This document shows positions 17,839 to 28,465 of a stretch of 32,000 nt of DNA, in pieces. The stretch covers positions 2,040,001-2,072,000 of the forward strand of contig NC_014148.1 of the NCBI RefSeq assembly GCF_000092105.1. The letters run 5' to 3'. The translations under genes were made by a program, and so were the position numbers. Every line of letters starts with the position of its first letter. Position 1 is the stretch's first letter. The DNA is from Planctopirus limnophila DSM 3776. GTDB lineage: Bacteria; Planctomycetota; Planctomycetia; Planctomycetales; Planctomycetaceae. The notes below the pieces were generated by a model. That model was not told the DNA's origin, made no database searches, and was given only the letters and a program-made list of their open reading frames with translations.

Positions 17839-20800
17839 TTAAATTCCACCCAGCTTCTTCAACAGCTTCAATAGCGTCGGTTTCTTCACCTGATCGGCTG
17901 TCACGAAGCTGAGTTTGATGACTTGTTCGCCATCCGAGTTGGTTTCAATCGCGGGGTCTTCACCCAGGTCGCGGATTTCTCCCAGGGTGATGGGTTTGCT
18001 GCCGGCGGTTCCTGCAGGGGCGAAGAGTTCAAGATCGAGGCTGCCAGTGCGTTTCGTAATGATGTTCGCCAGGACGCGGGGCTTCGCACCGGCTTTGGCG
18101 TCTGCCTTGGCAGGAACCACGCGGTACTTCACCAGCATCTTCTGCGTCCAGTCAACTTCCGCCGCCGGGAAGGTGGTCTCCATCAATTCAAACAGAGCCT
18201 CGGCAACGGCCGGTTCCCAGAGCACTTTCCCCTTCAAAAAACCTTTCCGCATGACGTGCCATTTGCGACCCAGTTTCTTCCAGGGCATCAGGTCTTCGGG
18301 ATTCGACGCCTCGGCTTTTTCGCCCAGCGAAAGATAGCTGGCCAGTGCCTCTTTGAAGAAGCTGGCGAAGGCAGGTGTGGCGACATCATCAGCCTTCGCC
18401 AGAGAGATCGTGACCTCCTGCAAGCCCCCCGCCATAGCCTTCACCCGGACTCGCTCGGCCCGGTTGTAAATGGGGAGTTCATCGAGATCGTCGATATCGA
18501 GAAGATCGAGAGATTCAGCGAGTTCCGTCTGGTCGAACGTCCCCTTCGCCACGCGGAACTTGGCCTGCAGCAGCCATTCATCGCCCGTCAGTGCATGAAT
18601 AAACCAGCTGGGAATCCCTTTCGATTTAGCTTCAATCACACTGCGATCATTCCAGACAACAGTGACGCCTGAATCCTCCTCTAACGGTTCAAAGATCGTT
18701 TCCAGAAGCGAGACAGGCCATTTCGCAGGACGACCCGAATTGGCCAGGTGATCGACCAGATGCCACTTGCGGCCATCGACCTCCCAGGGCATTTTGGCAC
18801 TCTTGCCGAGCGACTTGAGATCAAGATCATCCCGTCGGCGCGCGAGGGCGGCCTTCGCATCAAAGACTTCGCGGGCTCCCTTGCGGCTCGCTTCCAGAAC
18901 CGGGGCGAGACATTGAGCAGTCAACGAGACATGCTGCTGAGGATTTTTCTTCGATGGGTCATCATCTGGAACTTCCCCTTGAGCGATGCGGACGAGATCT
19001 TCAGGAGTTCCCGTCGCCACGATGTAGCCCCCTTCGCTGCCGGCAGCGGGGCCGAGATCAACAATCCAGTCGCAGGTTTTGATCACATCGAGGTTGTGTT
19101 CAATGACGACGACGGTATTCCCCGCATCGACCAGGCTTTGCAGGATCTTGAGCAGCTTGCGGATATCATCAAAATGGAGGCCTGTCGTTGGCTCATCCAG
19201 CAGGTAAAGGGTGCTGCCAGTACTGGGACGGGCGAGTTCAGCCGCGAGCTTGACGCGCTGGGCCTCGCCGCCGGAAAGGGTCGGCGCAGGCTGGCCGAGG
19301 GTCAGATAACCGAGACCAATCGCATCAAGAACTGCCAGCGGCCCGCGAATTTTGGGGAAGCTCTCAAACAACTTGACGGCTTCGGAAATGGGCATCTCAA
19401 GCACATCGGCAATGTTCTTCCCCTGGAACTTGACCGCCAGAGTTTCAGGATTGTAGCGGCGTCCGTGGCAGGTATCGCACTCGACCCAGAGATCGGGGAG
19501 GAAGTGCATTTCAATGAGTTTCTGGCCATTCCCTTCGCAGGTCTCGCAGCGACCACCAGCCCGGTTGAAGCTGAAGCGGGCGGGTCGATATCCGCGCACC
19601 TTTGATTCAGGAAGATGAGCAAACAGCTCACGAATGTGTTCGAAGACGCCTGTATAAGTCGCGGGGTTGGAGGCAGGGGTGTTTCCGAGTGGCTGCTGAT
19701 CGACAACAATCAACTTGCTGAGGTAATCCAGCCCGAGAAGTTCATCGTATGGCCCGGGCTGTTCGCTCGAACGATGCAGTTTGCGGGCAATGGCTTTGCC
19801 GAGAGTGTCGGCGATCAAGGAGCTTTTGCCACTTCCGGACACACCCGTGATGGCTGTCAGTGCCCCCAGAGGAATCCGCAAATCAACATTGCGAAGATTG
19901 TTCTGGCGGGCCCCAATCAACTCCAGCCAGAAGAGAGGCTTGCTTGCAGAAGCCTTGGTTGTGGCTGCCACCTGAGCCTTGGCCTTCCCTTTCGTCGCAG
20001 CACCTGATTTCGCCCGATCAACTGGTGCCTGGCTTCTGCCAAACCTCGCAGGGACACGGCGTTCGGTCGGAACGAGAATATCTTCCTTAAGAGAGAGAAA
20101 TCTGCCCGTGAGCGAGTCGTCGCAGTGTTCGATCTCGTGTGGTGTTCCTTCCGCTGTGACAAGGCCACCCAACCTGCCAGAACCGGGGCCGAAATCGTAC
20201 AATCGATCGGCGGCTGCGAGAACTTCGCGATCATGCTCGACGAGCACCACAGTGTTGCCAAGATCGCGCAGCTTCTTCAGTGCCTGCAGCAGACGCCCGT
20301 TATCGCTGGGATGCAGCCCGATGGTCGGTTCATCGAGAACATACAGCACACCTGTCAACGCCCGGCCCAACTGACCCGCTAATCGAATCCGCTGGCTTTC
20401 TCCGCCGGATAGCGTCGGAAGTGTGCGGCTCAAGGTGAGGTAATGCAGACCGACATCAACCAGAAAATCAAGGCGACCAGCCCCTTCTTCCAGCAGGTCT
20501 CCCGCGATCTTCTGTTGGGTTTTGTTGAGTGTAAGTCCATGCAGAAACTCTTGAGCTTTATTGAGTGGCAATTCGCACAACTGCTGCAAAGTCTTCCCTT
20601 GCAGGCGCACGGCAGAGGCATCTTCTCTCAAGCGGCTGCCACTGCATGAAGAGCAGGGAACTTCACCAATCAAATCGAACAGCGATTGGCGGAATGAGTA
20701 CGAAACGCGTGAGGCTTCTTCGAGAGCCGGGTACAGCCCTTTGAACTGGAAGCGGTATTTGACGGCTTGATCGGCCGTGGATGATTTCTTCGATTTCGCT

Positions 20801-23800
20801 GCTGCTTTGGTGCTCGACTTTTTGGCCGCTGCGGGCTGAGCCACCTGGTAAACCGTGAACCACTGCTCGCCAGCCCCGAAGAGAACCAGTCGCTGCTCAG
20901 CCGGTTCGAGCTGATTAAATGGCGTGTCGAGCGAAAGGCCGACTCCCCGGCTCAGGGCGTCCAACAGTTCGAACATTGCGGGAGATTGCCGAGGGTCTGG
21001 CCAGGCCGAAATGGCTCCTTCGCGTAAAGTTCGTGTGGGATCACCAATGAGAGCCGCAAGGTTCGTGCCCTGCTGAGTGCCCAGACCTTCACAGCTTTCG
21101 CACCATCCCAAGGGACTGTTGAACGAGAAGTTGTGTGGTGCCAATGTCTCAAAACTTCTGCCGCATTGCGAGCAGGCACGAAACAGACTGAAGGGCTGAA
21201 CTTTCCACGAGTTCTCCGGCTTGTCGTCATCGACGAAGGCGACACGAATCACGCCTTTGCCCTGATCAAAGGCTGCCTCGACAGAATCAGCCAGACGGCG
21301 GCGGCTGCCCGAGGCAATCGTGACGCGATCAATGACAATTTCGACGACATGCTTTCGCCGGCGGTCGATTTCGGGAACTTCTTCCAGTCGATAGGTGGTG
21401 CCGTCCACACGTACCCGGCTGAAGCCCTGTTCTTTCAGCCGTTCCCACACTTTGGCGTACTGCTGGCCAACGGGAACTTCCTGCGGTGCCAGAACCAGCA
21501 GTCTGGTGCCTTCCGGCTTGGCCATGAGGAGATCGATCACATCGTCGGTGGTTTGCGATTCCACCGCGATGCGACAGTCGGGGCAATGTTGCGTTCCCAG
21601 GCGGGCATAGAGGACACGCAGATAATCGTAAATTTCCGTCGTGGTGCCGACCGTCGAGCGCGGCGTGTGGCCGACCGTCTTCTGCTCAATCGCAATCGAA
21701 GGCTGAAGACCGTGAATATGCTCGACTTTGGGCTTGGGCATCTGACCAAGAAACTGCCGGGCATACGACGAAAGGGACTCGACGTATCGCCGCTGGCCTT
21801 CCGCGTAGAGCGTATCCATGGCGAGTGACGTTTTGCCGGAACCACTGGGGCCACAGAAGACACTCATCTGATCGCGAGGGATATCGAGACTGATTTTCTG
21901 CAGGTTGTGCTGGGAGGCCCCGCGAATGACGATGTTGGTCTGTGCTTCACGGTCTTGCTGCTTGAGTGGCAAAGCTGCTTGCCAGCGGGAAGGTGAAGCG
22001 ACTTTTGTCTCAGGAGGAAAAGTTCGAGCCACACTTTTTTGTGGCATCTCAACCACGTGATCTGCCGTGCTTTTGCGTCTTTTCTTCGTTCCCTGCCCCT
22101 TGCCAGTGGAGGTGGCTGCGGACCCCAGTGAAACGGGCTGAGATATTGATCGACCGCTCGCCTCAAGGACTCTGGCCAGAAAGCGACCCGTGTATGAGGC
22201 CTCACATTGGGCCACCATTTCTGGTGTCCCCTGTGCGATAATCCTGCCACCACCTTTGCCACCTTCGGGCCCCAGATCGATCACCCAGTCGGCCGTCTTG
22301 ATGACATCAAGATTATGCTCCACGACAATGACGGTATTCCCGGCATCCACAAAGCCATGCAACACCCGCAGCAGGTGGGCGATATCAACGAAGTGCAGGC
22401 CAGTTGTCGGTTCGTCGAGAATGTAGACGGTTTTGCCAGTGCTGCGTTTGCCAAGTTCTTTCGCGAGTTTAATCCGCTGAGCTTCACCACCAGAGAGGGT
22501 AGGAGAGGGCTGCCCCAGCTTGATGTAGTCGAGGCCCACATCGTGCAAAGTCTGCAGCAGATTTTTGATCTTGGGGAGGTTTTCAAAATGTTCAAGTGCC
22601 GTCTGAACATCCATATCGAGGACTTCAGCAATGTTCTTACCCTTGAAACGCACCTCCAGCGTCTCTTTATTAAATCGGCGTCCCTGGCAGACCGGGCAGG
22701 TCACCCAGATATCGGCAAGAAAGTCCATTTCAAGCTTGTTCGAACCATGCCCTTCGCAGGCCTCGCAACGACCGCCAGGGACGTTAAAACTGAAGCGTCC
22801 CGGCTTAAACCCGCGGGTTTTAGAATCGGGAAGTTGTGTGTAAAGATCACGAATCAGGTCGAAGAGTTTGACATAGGTGGTAGGGTTCGACCGGGGTGTA
22901 CGACCAATCGGTGACTGATCAATATCGATGGCCTTATCGACCAATGCGAGATTGTCAAAACTCTGATGAGCACCGGGAGCACCTTCACCAAGATTGACTT
23001 CGCGATTGAGCAGCGGCCACAGAATATCGTTAATCAGCGAGCTCTTCCCTGAACCGGAAACACCGGTCACGCAGATGAACTTCCCCAGTGGAAACTCGAC
23101 ATCGACATTTTGCAGGTTGTGATGCGTGCAACCTTGTATCGAGATGGATGTTCCTATTCCTGAGCGACGTGTTTCGCGGATTTCGATCTGCTTGCGGCCG
23201 GAGAGATAAGCTCCCGTTTCACTTTCTTCATTCGCCAGAAGTGCCTCAAGACTCCCTTCATGAACAACTTTTCCACCACGAACACCGGGGCCGGGGCCAA
23301 AGTCGATAATGTGATCGGCAGCCTTCATCGTTTCATCGTCATGCTCCACCACGATCACGGTATTACCCTGATCGCGAAGATCCTGCAGGCTCCCCAGCAG
23401 CATTTCGTTATCGCGAGGGTGCAGGCCAATCGATGGTTCATCGAGAATATAAACCACACCCACAAGGCCACAGCCAATCTGCCCAGCCAGACGAATCCGC
23501 TGACTTTCTCCACCACTGAGCGTCGGTGCCGTCCGATCCAGCGCGAGGTAATCGAGACCGCAGCGCAAAAGAAAACCCAGGCGGCCACGAATCTCTTTAA
23601 GAACTTCTTCAGCGATATATTGCGAAGTCGGATCCAGATCGAGCTGTTCAAAAAACTCGAAAGCTTCACCCACACTGAGATGGCAAACCCCAGGAAGTGA
23701 CAGACGCTGTTTTTTCGCCTGGGAAGCCGCCGATGAGGAACCGCTGCGTGCTATCGCCGGCGTAGTCATCTCCAATGCTTGGCTGGAGATAAAATAGTTG

Positions 23801-25143
23801 CAGGCCTGAGCGTTGAGTCGCGAACCGTGGCAAGTGCTGCACCCCACGACTTCCATATACTTTTCAAGCTGCCTGCGGCGCATCGGGTTTTTGGCTTTAC
23901 GGTACTCTTCGAGCAGTTCGCGGACATAGCCTGTGTACTTCCCACCATGCTTCCACACTCCGCCCGAGTGCTTGAAACTGTACGTCACATGCTGATTGCC
24001 CAGCCCATCCAGGAAGAGATCGCGCGCCCCCTGGGGCAGTTCATTCCACGGGGTTTTCAGGAACTCACCGGGCTTGAGGCTCAGTGTTTTTTCAATCGCC
24101 GCAGCCACGCCATCAATGAGATGCCTGCGCCAACGGCCCAGCTTGGAAAGTTTACCTGAAAGTGCGAGTGCTCCCTTCTGGATAGAAAGGGATTCATCGG
24201 GAATGAGCCGATCAAGTAAAAAATCGTGCCGCATCCCGAGACCGTTGCAGTCGGCACACATCCCTTGAGGGCTGTTGAAACTGAAAAGTTGCGGCGAGGG
24301 AGGATCGTAACTGATACCGCAATGGGTGCAGGCATAAGCCGTGGCAAAAAACTGTTCGCTCGGATTCTCCTGAGACGGCGAATCGTCTTCACTCTGAATA
24401 GCGGCAGAGAGGAATTCTTCGGGAGAATCCTGCAAAACAATGAGTTGCCCATTCGCCAGTTTGAGCGCATTTTCTACAGCTTCGGCCACACGCTGGCGAG
24501 TCGATTTCCCGGCCACCAGGCGGTCAATCACCACATCAATCGTGTGCTTCATCTGCTTATCAAGCTGCAGACTTTCGCTCAGCGAAATGAATTTGCCATC
24601 AACCCTGGCGCGGAGATAACCCTGCTTGAGAAGATCAACGAAAAGATCCTTAAACTCACCCTTCTGACGCTGAATGAGTGGTGCCAGGATCTGAAACTTT
24701 GTTCCGGCAGGTAAAATGAGAATCTGCTCGACGATGTTCTCAGGAGACTGGGAAGTGATCGGGCGATGGCATTGGTGGCATTCGGCTTGGCCAACCCGGG
24801 CAAACAGCACTCGCAGGTAATCGTATATCTCGGTGATCGTACCCACGGTACTGCGCGGATTTCGACCAGCCGTTTTCTGTTGAATCGAGATCGAAGGAGC
24901 CAGCCCGGTGATCGAATCGACATCCGGCTTGGGCATCGATCCCAGGAATTGCCTCGCGTACGTCGAGAGGGATTCGATGTACCGCCGTTGACCTTCGGCG
25001 TAGAGCGTATCAAAGGCGAGAGAGCTCTTGCCCGAGCCACTGACGCCCGTCATAACAATCAGTTTGTTCTTGGGCAAAACCAGGCTGACGTCACGCAGAT
25101 TATGTTCTCGGGCACCACGAATCGTGATTTCAGATCTGGTCAT
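17839..25143 (-). CDS. uvrA: Tandem UvrA-UvrA fusion protein with extra C-terminal region (2434 aa, four ABC ATPase modules)
   Basis: Unit 1 is residues 1-995 (22159..25143). It begins [16 protein letters not shown]...[36 protein letters not shown]. It carries [12 protein letters not shown] with [11 protein letters not shown], then [27 protein letters not shown] and [11 protein letters not shown]. Unit 2 is residues 1069-2085 (18889..21939). It begins [16 protein letters not shown]...[36 protein letters not shown]. It carries [12 protein letters not shown] with [11 protein letters not shown], then [27 protein letters not shown] and [11 protein letters not shown]. Both units keep the CxxC zinc modules and the segments at the positions of the UvrB-binding and insertion domains. 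The reading frame is uninterrupted. Confidence 0.95.
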   Translation of the reverse strand: MTRSEITIRGAREHNLRDVSLVLPKNKLIVMTGVSGSGKSSLAFDTLYAEGQRRYIESLSTYARQFLGSMPKPDVDSITGLAPSISIQQKTAGRNPRSTVGTITEIYDYLRVLFARVGQAECHQCHRPITSQSPENIVEQILILPAGTKFQILAPLIQRQKGEFKDLFVDLLKQGYLRARVDGKFISLSESLQLDKQMKHTIDVVIDRLVAGKSTRQRVAEAVENALKLANGQLIVLQDSPEEFLSAAIQSEDDSPSQENPSEQFFATAYACTHCGISYDPPSPQLFSFNSPQGMCADCNGLGMRHDFLLDRLIPDESLSIQKGALALSGKLSKLGRWRRHLIDGVAAAIEKTLSLKPGEFLKTPWNELPQGARDLFLDGLGNQHVTYSFKHSGGVWKHGGKYTGYVRELLEEYRKAKNPMRRRQLEKYMEVVGCSTCHGSRLNAQACNYFISSQALEMTTPAIARSGSSSAASQAKKQRLSLPGVCHLSVGEAFEFFEQLDLDPTSQYIAEEVLKEIRGRLGFLLRCGLDYLALDRTAPTLSGGESQRIRLAGQIGCGLVGVVYILDEPSIGLHPRDNEMLLGSLQDLRDQGNTVIVVEHDDETMKAADHIIDFGPGPGVRGGKVVHEGSLEALLANEESETGAYLSGRKQIEIRETRRSGIGTSISIQGCTHHNLQNVDVEFPLGKFICVTGVSGSGKSSLINDILWPLLNREVNLGEGAPGAHQSFDNLALVDKAIDIDQSPIGRTPRSNPTTYVKLFDLIRDLYTQLPDSKTRGFKPGRFSFNVPGGRCEACEGHGSNKLEMDFLADIWVTCPVCQGRRFNKETLEVRFKGKNIAEVLDMDVQTALEHFENLPKIKNLLQTLHDVGLDYIKLGQPSPTLSGGEAQRIKLAKELGKRSTGKTVYILDEPTTGLHFVDIAHLLRVLHGFVDAGNTVIVVEHNLDVIKTADWVIDLGPEGGKGGGRIIAQGTPEMVAQCEASYTGRFLARVLEASGRSISQPVSLGSAATSTGKGQGTKKRRKSTADHVVEMPQKSVARTFPPETKVASPSRWQAALPLKQQDREAQTNIVIRGASQHNLQKISLDIPRDQMSVFCGPSGSGKTSLAMDTLYAEGQRRYVESLSSYARQFLGQMPKPKVEHIHGLQPSIAIEQKTVGHTPRSTVGTTTEIYDYLRVLYARLGTQHCPDCRIAVESQTTDDVIDLLMAKPEGTRLLVLAPQEVPVGQQYAKVWERLKEQGFSRVRVDGTTYRLEEVPEIDRRRKHVVEIVIDRVTIASGSRRRLADSVEAAFDQGKGVIRVAFVDDDKPENSWKVQPFSLFRACSQCGRSFETLAPHNFSFNSPLGWCESCEGLGTQQGTNLAALIGDPTRTLREGAISAWPDPRQSPAMFELLDALSRGVGLSLDTPFNQLEPAEQRLVLFGAGEQWFTVYQVAQPAAAKKSSTKAAAKSKKSSTADQAVKYRFQFKGLYPALEEASRVSYSFRQSLFDLIGEVPCSSCSGSRLREDASAVRLQGKTLQQLCELPLNKAQEFLHGLTLNKTQQKIAGDLLEEGAGRLDFLVDVGLHYLTLSRTLPTLSGGESQRIRLAGQLGRALTGVLYVLDEPTIGLHPSDNGRLLQALKKLRDLGNTVVLVEHDREVLAAADRLYDFGPGSGRLGGLVTAEGTPHEIEHCDDSLTGRFLSLKEDILVPTERRVPARFGRSQAPVDRAKSGAATKGKAKAQVAATTKASASKPLFWLELIGARQNNLRNVDLRIPLGALTAITGVSGSGKSSLIADTLGKAIARKLHRSSEQPGPYDELLGLDYLSKLIVVDQQPLGNTPASNPATYTGVFEHIRELFAHLPESKVRGYRPARFSFNRAGGRCETCEGNGQKLIEMHFLPDLWVECDTCHGRRYNPETLAVKFQGKNIADVLEMPISEAVKLFESFPKIRGPLAVLDAIGLGYLTLGQPAPTLSGGEAQRVKLAAELARPSTGSTLYLLDEPTTGLHFDDIRKLLKILQSLVDAGNTVVVIEHNLDVIKTCDWIVDLGPAAGSEGGYIVATGTPEDLVRIAQGEVPDDDPSKKNPQQHVSLTAQCLAPVLEASRKGAREVFDAKAALARRRDDLDLKSLGKSAKMPWEVDGRKWHLVDHLANSGRPAKWPVSLLETIFEPLEEDSGVTVVWNDRSVIEAKSKGIPSWFIHALTGDEWLLQAKFRVAKGTFDQTELAESLDLLDIDDLDELPIYNRAERVRVKAMAGGLQEVTISLAKADDVATPAFASFFKEALASYLSLGEKAEASNPEDLMPWKKLGRKWHVMRKGFLKGKVLWEPAVAEALFELMETTFPAAEVDWTQKMLVKYRVVPAKADAKAGAKPRVLANIITKRTGSLDLELFAPAGTAGSKPITLGEIRDLGEDPAIETNSDGEQVIKLSFVTADQVKKPTLLKLLKKLGGI

Positions 25144-25851
25144 GAATGGCTCAGAGGGTTAGCTGGCGTCAACTGAATCGGCATGGCTGGCATTGCCAGG
25201 TTCAGAATTTCGAGAAGCGAAATGATTTTGAGGATCCCTCGGCCAAAAGAGTGCAGGATGCGGAAGCCGATCGATCCCCAGAACAAGTGAAGTTTAGCGC
25301 GACTGCCCAGAAAATTCGCCGCCAAGGGGCAAAGATTTCACACATCACCCATCCCAACCGTAAGAAAAGCGATTGGAGAATAAACGTATGCCGTCGAACA
25401 TCTGCCTCGTTTGAGCATCAAACGGTCGTATCATCAGCCATTCATCACCTCAAATGCCGATGAAAACCGACAATGTGTGTAACCCGCCCGCATGACAATG
25501 GCACACGATCAGTGTTTGATTCCGGTGACTGGTACCCGTCGGTAGCTCCCGGCACCGGCTTTGAATGCTGACTGGAAACTCTTCTTCCCTTGGGTGATGG
25601 ATTTCCTTCAAGACACAAAAACTTCTTCTCCAATTCGGAAATGACAAATGATTCCACAATTGAATACCGAAATTTGACGGAATGAGGACTCCCCAACGGC
25701 TGCGGGGATGTCTATAACTGATGATTGATAAAAGTTTTTCGTTATCGAATCCGGGTACTATGGAAACAATAAGTTCCCGCAGAGAGTCTCCGAAGATTCT
25801 TTGAGACAAAGTCGCAACAACATTTTGTGACCCTGGAAGGTTATCGCTGGT

Positions 25852-27114
25852 ATGGACTCTGCAGGTACTGCCCGTGATGCGTTATCCGCTGCGATGGTTG
25901 AACGCGTACAGGGATTGCGTCTACCGCCACCCCCTGCCAATGCGGGAATCAACGCTTCCACCTCGATTGCCTGGCTGATTGCCACACTATCGATTTCTGG
26001 TTTCGTGTTTATCTTCCTGTTCGCCTTTGTCTACCAGGTGGGTGGCCCTCGCGGCAGCAATGCCCCAGCCTCGACGACCGTCGCTGGTGATGGGAAGACC
26101 ACAACTGCGGGGTCCAAAAAGGATCCCTCAGCTCCTGCAAACAGTGATGCCCGTCCCGTCGACGCTGCTGCTGTCGATCCGGAAGCGATGGTGCTCTTGT
26201 CACAGGGTTATATCATCCCGGAACAGCAGATTCTGGTCAGCCCGCAGGTGAGTGGCCGGATTATTGAATTGAACGTCAAGGAAGGAACTCGCGTGGAAAA
26301 AGGATTCGTCCTCGCGAAACTGGAACCCACGGAATATCGGGCTGATTATGAAGGAGCCAGAGCCAACGTGGCTGCTGCTGAAGCCAGGCTGGCTGAGTTG
26401 CGTGAAGGAAACCGGCCCGAGGAAATCGCTCAAGCTCAGGCCGAACTGGGCGAAGCCAAAGCGACATTAAAACAGCTGGAACAAACCTTCCGCCGCAATG
26501 CCGAGCTCTACGGACAAAAGATTCTCAACAAGCAGGAGTTTGAAGATTCGGAGTCACTGCTCATGGCCCAGGCCCAGCGCGTGCTCAAGCTGGAAGCGAT
26601 GGTCAAGCTGGCCGAAGATGGCTTCCGTAAAGAGCGGAAACTGGAAGGTGAAGCGAACCTGCATAAAGCGATGGCAGAACTGGAAAGAGCCAAGTGGCGC
26701 CTGGATAACTGCACGATCGCGGCACCAATCTCCGGCACGATTCTGAAGAAAAATGCCGAAGAGGGGAACATTGTGAACCCCGTAGCTTTCAATGGCTCTT
26801 TCAGTTTGTGCGACCTGGCCGATCTTTCGAAGCTCGAAGTCGATCTGACCATTCAGGAACGGGATATTTCGAAGGTTTTCCCGGGCCAGAAATGCAAAGT
26901 CCGTTCGGAAGCTTTTCCCGATCGCGCTTACGACGGTGTGGTCTCACGATTGATGCCCATTGCAGACAGAGCCAAAGGGGCCATTCCTGTTCGTGTGGCG
27001 ATCAGTGTCCCAGCCGATGAAGAGGGCATGTACCTGAAGCCCGAAATGAGTGCCCAGGTGACGTTCTATGCCGGAAAAGCAGAAACAAAACCTGCCACGA
27101 TGAGTGCCGAATAA
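25852..27114 (+). CDS. HlyD/MacA-type periplasmic adaptor (membrane fusion protein, 420 aa) with no transporter partner in the window
   Basis: There is an N-terminal TM anchor (IAWLIATLSISGFVFIFLFAFVY). The lipoyl motif is ILVSPQVSGRIIELNVKEGTRVEKGFVLAKLE. A long coiled coil follows (ANVAAAEARLAELREGNRPEEIAQAQAELGEAKATLKQLE). The remaining blocks are TIAAPISGTILKKNAEEGNIV and the beta-barrel tail. Confidence 0.9.
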   Translation: MDSAGTARDALSAAMVERVQGLRLPPPPANAGINASTSIAWLIATLSISGFVFIFLFAFVYQVGGPRGSNAPASTTVAGDGKTTTAGSKKDPSAPANSDARPVDAAAVDPEAMVLLSQGYIIPEQQILVSPQVSGRIIELNVKEGTRVEKGFVLAKLEPTEYRADYEGARANVAAAEARLAELREGNRPEEIAQAQAELGEAKATLKQLEQTFRRNAELYGQKILNKQEFEDSESLLMAQAQRVLKLEAMVKLAEDGFRKERKLEGEANLHKAMAELERAKWRLDNCTIAAPISGTILKKNAEEGNIVNPVAFNGSFSLCDLADLSKLEVDLTIQERDISKVFPGQKCKVRSEAFPDRAYDGVVSRLMPIADRAKGAIPVRVAISVPADEEGMYLKPEMSAQVTFYAGKAETKPATMSAE

Positions 27115-27127
27115 TTCGCCAGATGGC

Positions 27128-27161
27128 GGGTGACCCCGACCGTCTCGCGGTTGGGTCACCC
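27128..27161 (+). terminator. Stem-loop just after the adaptor gene stop, a possible terminator
   Basis: GGGTGACCC (27128-27136) and GGGTCACCC (27153-27161) form a perfect 9-bp stem with a 16-nt loop. No T-run follows, so any terminator function is uncertain. Confidence 0.3.
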
Positions 27162-27391
27162 GGCGACAAGATGCCACACCCTGCGCGTGCCATGTTCGAA
27201 CACTTCGAATTAAGCAGAGCAATGTTTTGCTGGTAACCTTTGGGCATCAGGGAAAATTGTCCATCGACGATGAACCGTGTTTGATGCAGGTCATCCGGCT
27301 CTCCGGCTGATGGTGCACCTCGGTGAGGATTGACACGCAACGGCATGGGCTGTCGTGAGACTAAACAGCCTCTGGGCCCCTCTCTCCATGT

Positions 27392-27772
27392 TCACTCACC
27401 AACGCACCCTCTTGTGCCGCTGGCAGGCGGGTCGCTCGACGACCACGAGCAATCTGTACCACCCTGCGAAGTTAGGATTGGTGGCTCAGGCGTGCATTCG
27501 ATCGTGGGTTTGACTTGGCAGGTTTGTATTGCTGTTGCGGGGATGCTGATGTTCGCGGACAGGTTTCCTGGCGGTGTGGTCAGGGTTGTTGATCCCAGCG
27601 TAGCGCCGGATTGATCCTTCACCATGACGAGAGTGGGGGTGTCGTCGCTGGAATCACGGTAAACGGTGGCGGTGAGGGTGAGGTTGCCGGTGGCGGGTTT
27701 CAGGAGGGGGACCAGGGGGAAGCTGGCGGAGGGTGTGGCGGGGTTGGGGGTTTCGACAGTTCGTGTGGTCAT
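27392..27772 (-). CDS. Doubtful small T/P/S-rich ORF (126 aa); its 3' end is supplied by repeat copy A
   Basis: The beta-strand-like segment GNLTLTATVYRDSSDDTPTLVMVKDQSGATLGSTTLTTPPGNLSANISIPATAI looks protein-like. However, the whole region is C-rich and purine-poor on this strand, and that bias alone keeps frames open. The same frame is stop-free upstream to 27994 without any start codon. Confidence 0.25.
   Translation of the reverse strand: MTTRTVETPNPATPSASFPLVPLLKPATGNLTLTATVYRDSSDDTPTLVMVKDQSGATLGSTTLTTPPGNLSANISIPATAIQTCQVKPTIECTPEPPILTSQGGTDCSWSSSDPPASGTRGCVGE
27407..27468 (+). repeat. Hairpin repeat, type 1, copy A
   Basis: The sequence is CCCTCTTGTGCCGCTGGCAGGCGGGTCGCTCGACGACCACGAGCAATCTGTACCACCCTGCG. 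It shares its left arm and the GGTCGCTCGA core with copies B and C. It shares the right arm CCACCCTGCG with the type 2 copies. Confidence 0.75.
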
Positions 27773-27968
27773 GGGAGAGGCTTTTCGGGAATGGGGTGGG
27801 GAAAGGAGCGGGAGAGAAGGGGTTGGGGATGGGTTTGGTTCGAGGTGGATGGGGGAGGGAGTTGTGAAGAGCGGAAGGGAAATGGGAGAGGAAAAGAAAC
27901 CGGCCGCCAGGGATGACGGCCGGGGTTGAGGGGGTGGGGATGGAAATGGGTCAGGAAGGAAGTCTGAG
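27773..27968. repeat. Strongly strand-asymmetric low-complexity tract, G-rich on plus and C/T-rich on minus
   Basis: My hand count is about 103 G against about 17 C in 196 nt of the plus strand. Most of the C lies in one hairpin. G-runs are numerous, for example GGGGTTGAGGGGGTGGGGATGGAAATGGG at 27922-27950 and GGGAATGGGGTGGGGAAAGGAGCGGG at 27787-27812. The bias continues to about 27600. Confidence 0.85.
27886..27925 (-). terminator. Rho-independent terminator candidate on the minus strand, inside the C-rich tract
   Basis: On the minus strand CCGGCCG-tcatccctgg-CGGCCGG (27923-27900) is followed by TTTCTTTTCCTCT. It lies downstream of the orphan cassette's small gene. Confidence 0.45.
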
Positions 27969-28044
27969 TCGTTTTGAACTGGGTTCAGGTGGAGTCAGTG
28001 GGTTTCAGCAGGTCGCAGAAGAGACACTCGCTGGCCAACCAATA

Positions 28045-28098
28045 CCTCTTGTGCAGTTGGCATACAGGTCGCTCGAAGACGAGCAAGCTGTGCCACAC
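28045..28098 (+). repeat. Hairpin repeat, type 1, copy B
   Basis: The sequence is CCTCTTGTGCAGTTGGCATACAGGTCGCTCGAAGACGAGCAAGCTGTGCCACAC. It lies 36 nt downstream of the stop of minus-strand gene 28134..28442. Confidence 0.8.
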
Positions 28099-28133
28099 AG
28101 CATGCAAAGCCAAGATTGGGCCAGTCGGTCTGA

Positions 28134-28442
28134 TCAATTCCACACAAAACCACCAAATGCAAATGCCACATCATGAAGTCTAACCCAGTTTCGAATCTCC
28201 CACATGATCGCCTCTGGCTTCTCTTGGGGTTGGCTATCCAGGAACTCTTGAAGCAAGTCACGGATATTGTGGGCAACTTCACTACCGGTAACGCCTTGCA
28301 CCTCGCTTAGCGACTGGGCTAGAGAGGACATGCTTGGCTCTGATTGAATGCGACGTTTGAGCAATAGGTAATACTCAAGCTTCACCCCGTATAGTTCCAT
28401 AACATACTGGTGAATATCCGGCTTTTTGCGTGATCGTTTCAA
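28134..28442 (-). CDS. Small protein following the orphan RHS toxin (102 aa); putative immunity protein
   Basis: It starts at TTG 23 nt after the toxin stop on the same strand, with an alternative ATG at 28400 (MELYG). It has no signal peptide and is acidic. The segment SLAQSLSEVQGVTGSEVAHNIRD is loosely HTH-like. Support comes from position only. Confidence 0.45.
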   Translation of the reverse strand: MKRSRKKPDIHQYVMELYGVKLEYYLLLKRRIQSEPSMSSLAQSLSEVQGVTGSEVAHNIRDLLQEFLDSQPQEKPEAIMWEIRNWVRLHDVAFAFGGFVWN

Positions 28443-28465
28443 CTGTTATCTCCATGATTTGACAG

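Noticed and set aside
660-25143. Many 60-285-aa ORFs nested inside or antisense to czcA, the adaptor gene, argJ, the methyltransferase and the uvrA fusion
   Set aside because: All of them lie within long ORFs that have strong family motifs, and their products are compositionally skewed. I treated them as shadow ORFs.
27002-27346. A 114-aa minus-strand ORF after the adaptor gene
   Set aside because: A third of it overlaps the 3' end of the well-supported adaptor gene in antisense. The rest has no recognisable motif.
27611-27929. Gly-rich plus-strand ORFs (101 aa and 87 aa)
   Set aside because: They are a product of the extreme G-richness of the plus strand. The products are low-complexity GGGEGE/GWGW strings with no start context or motif.
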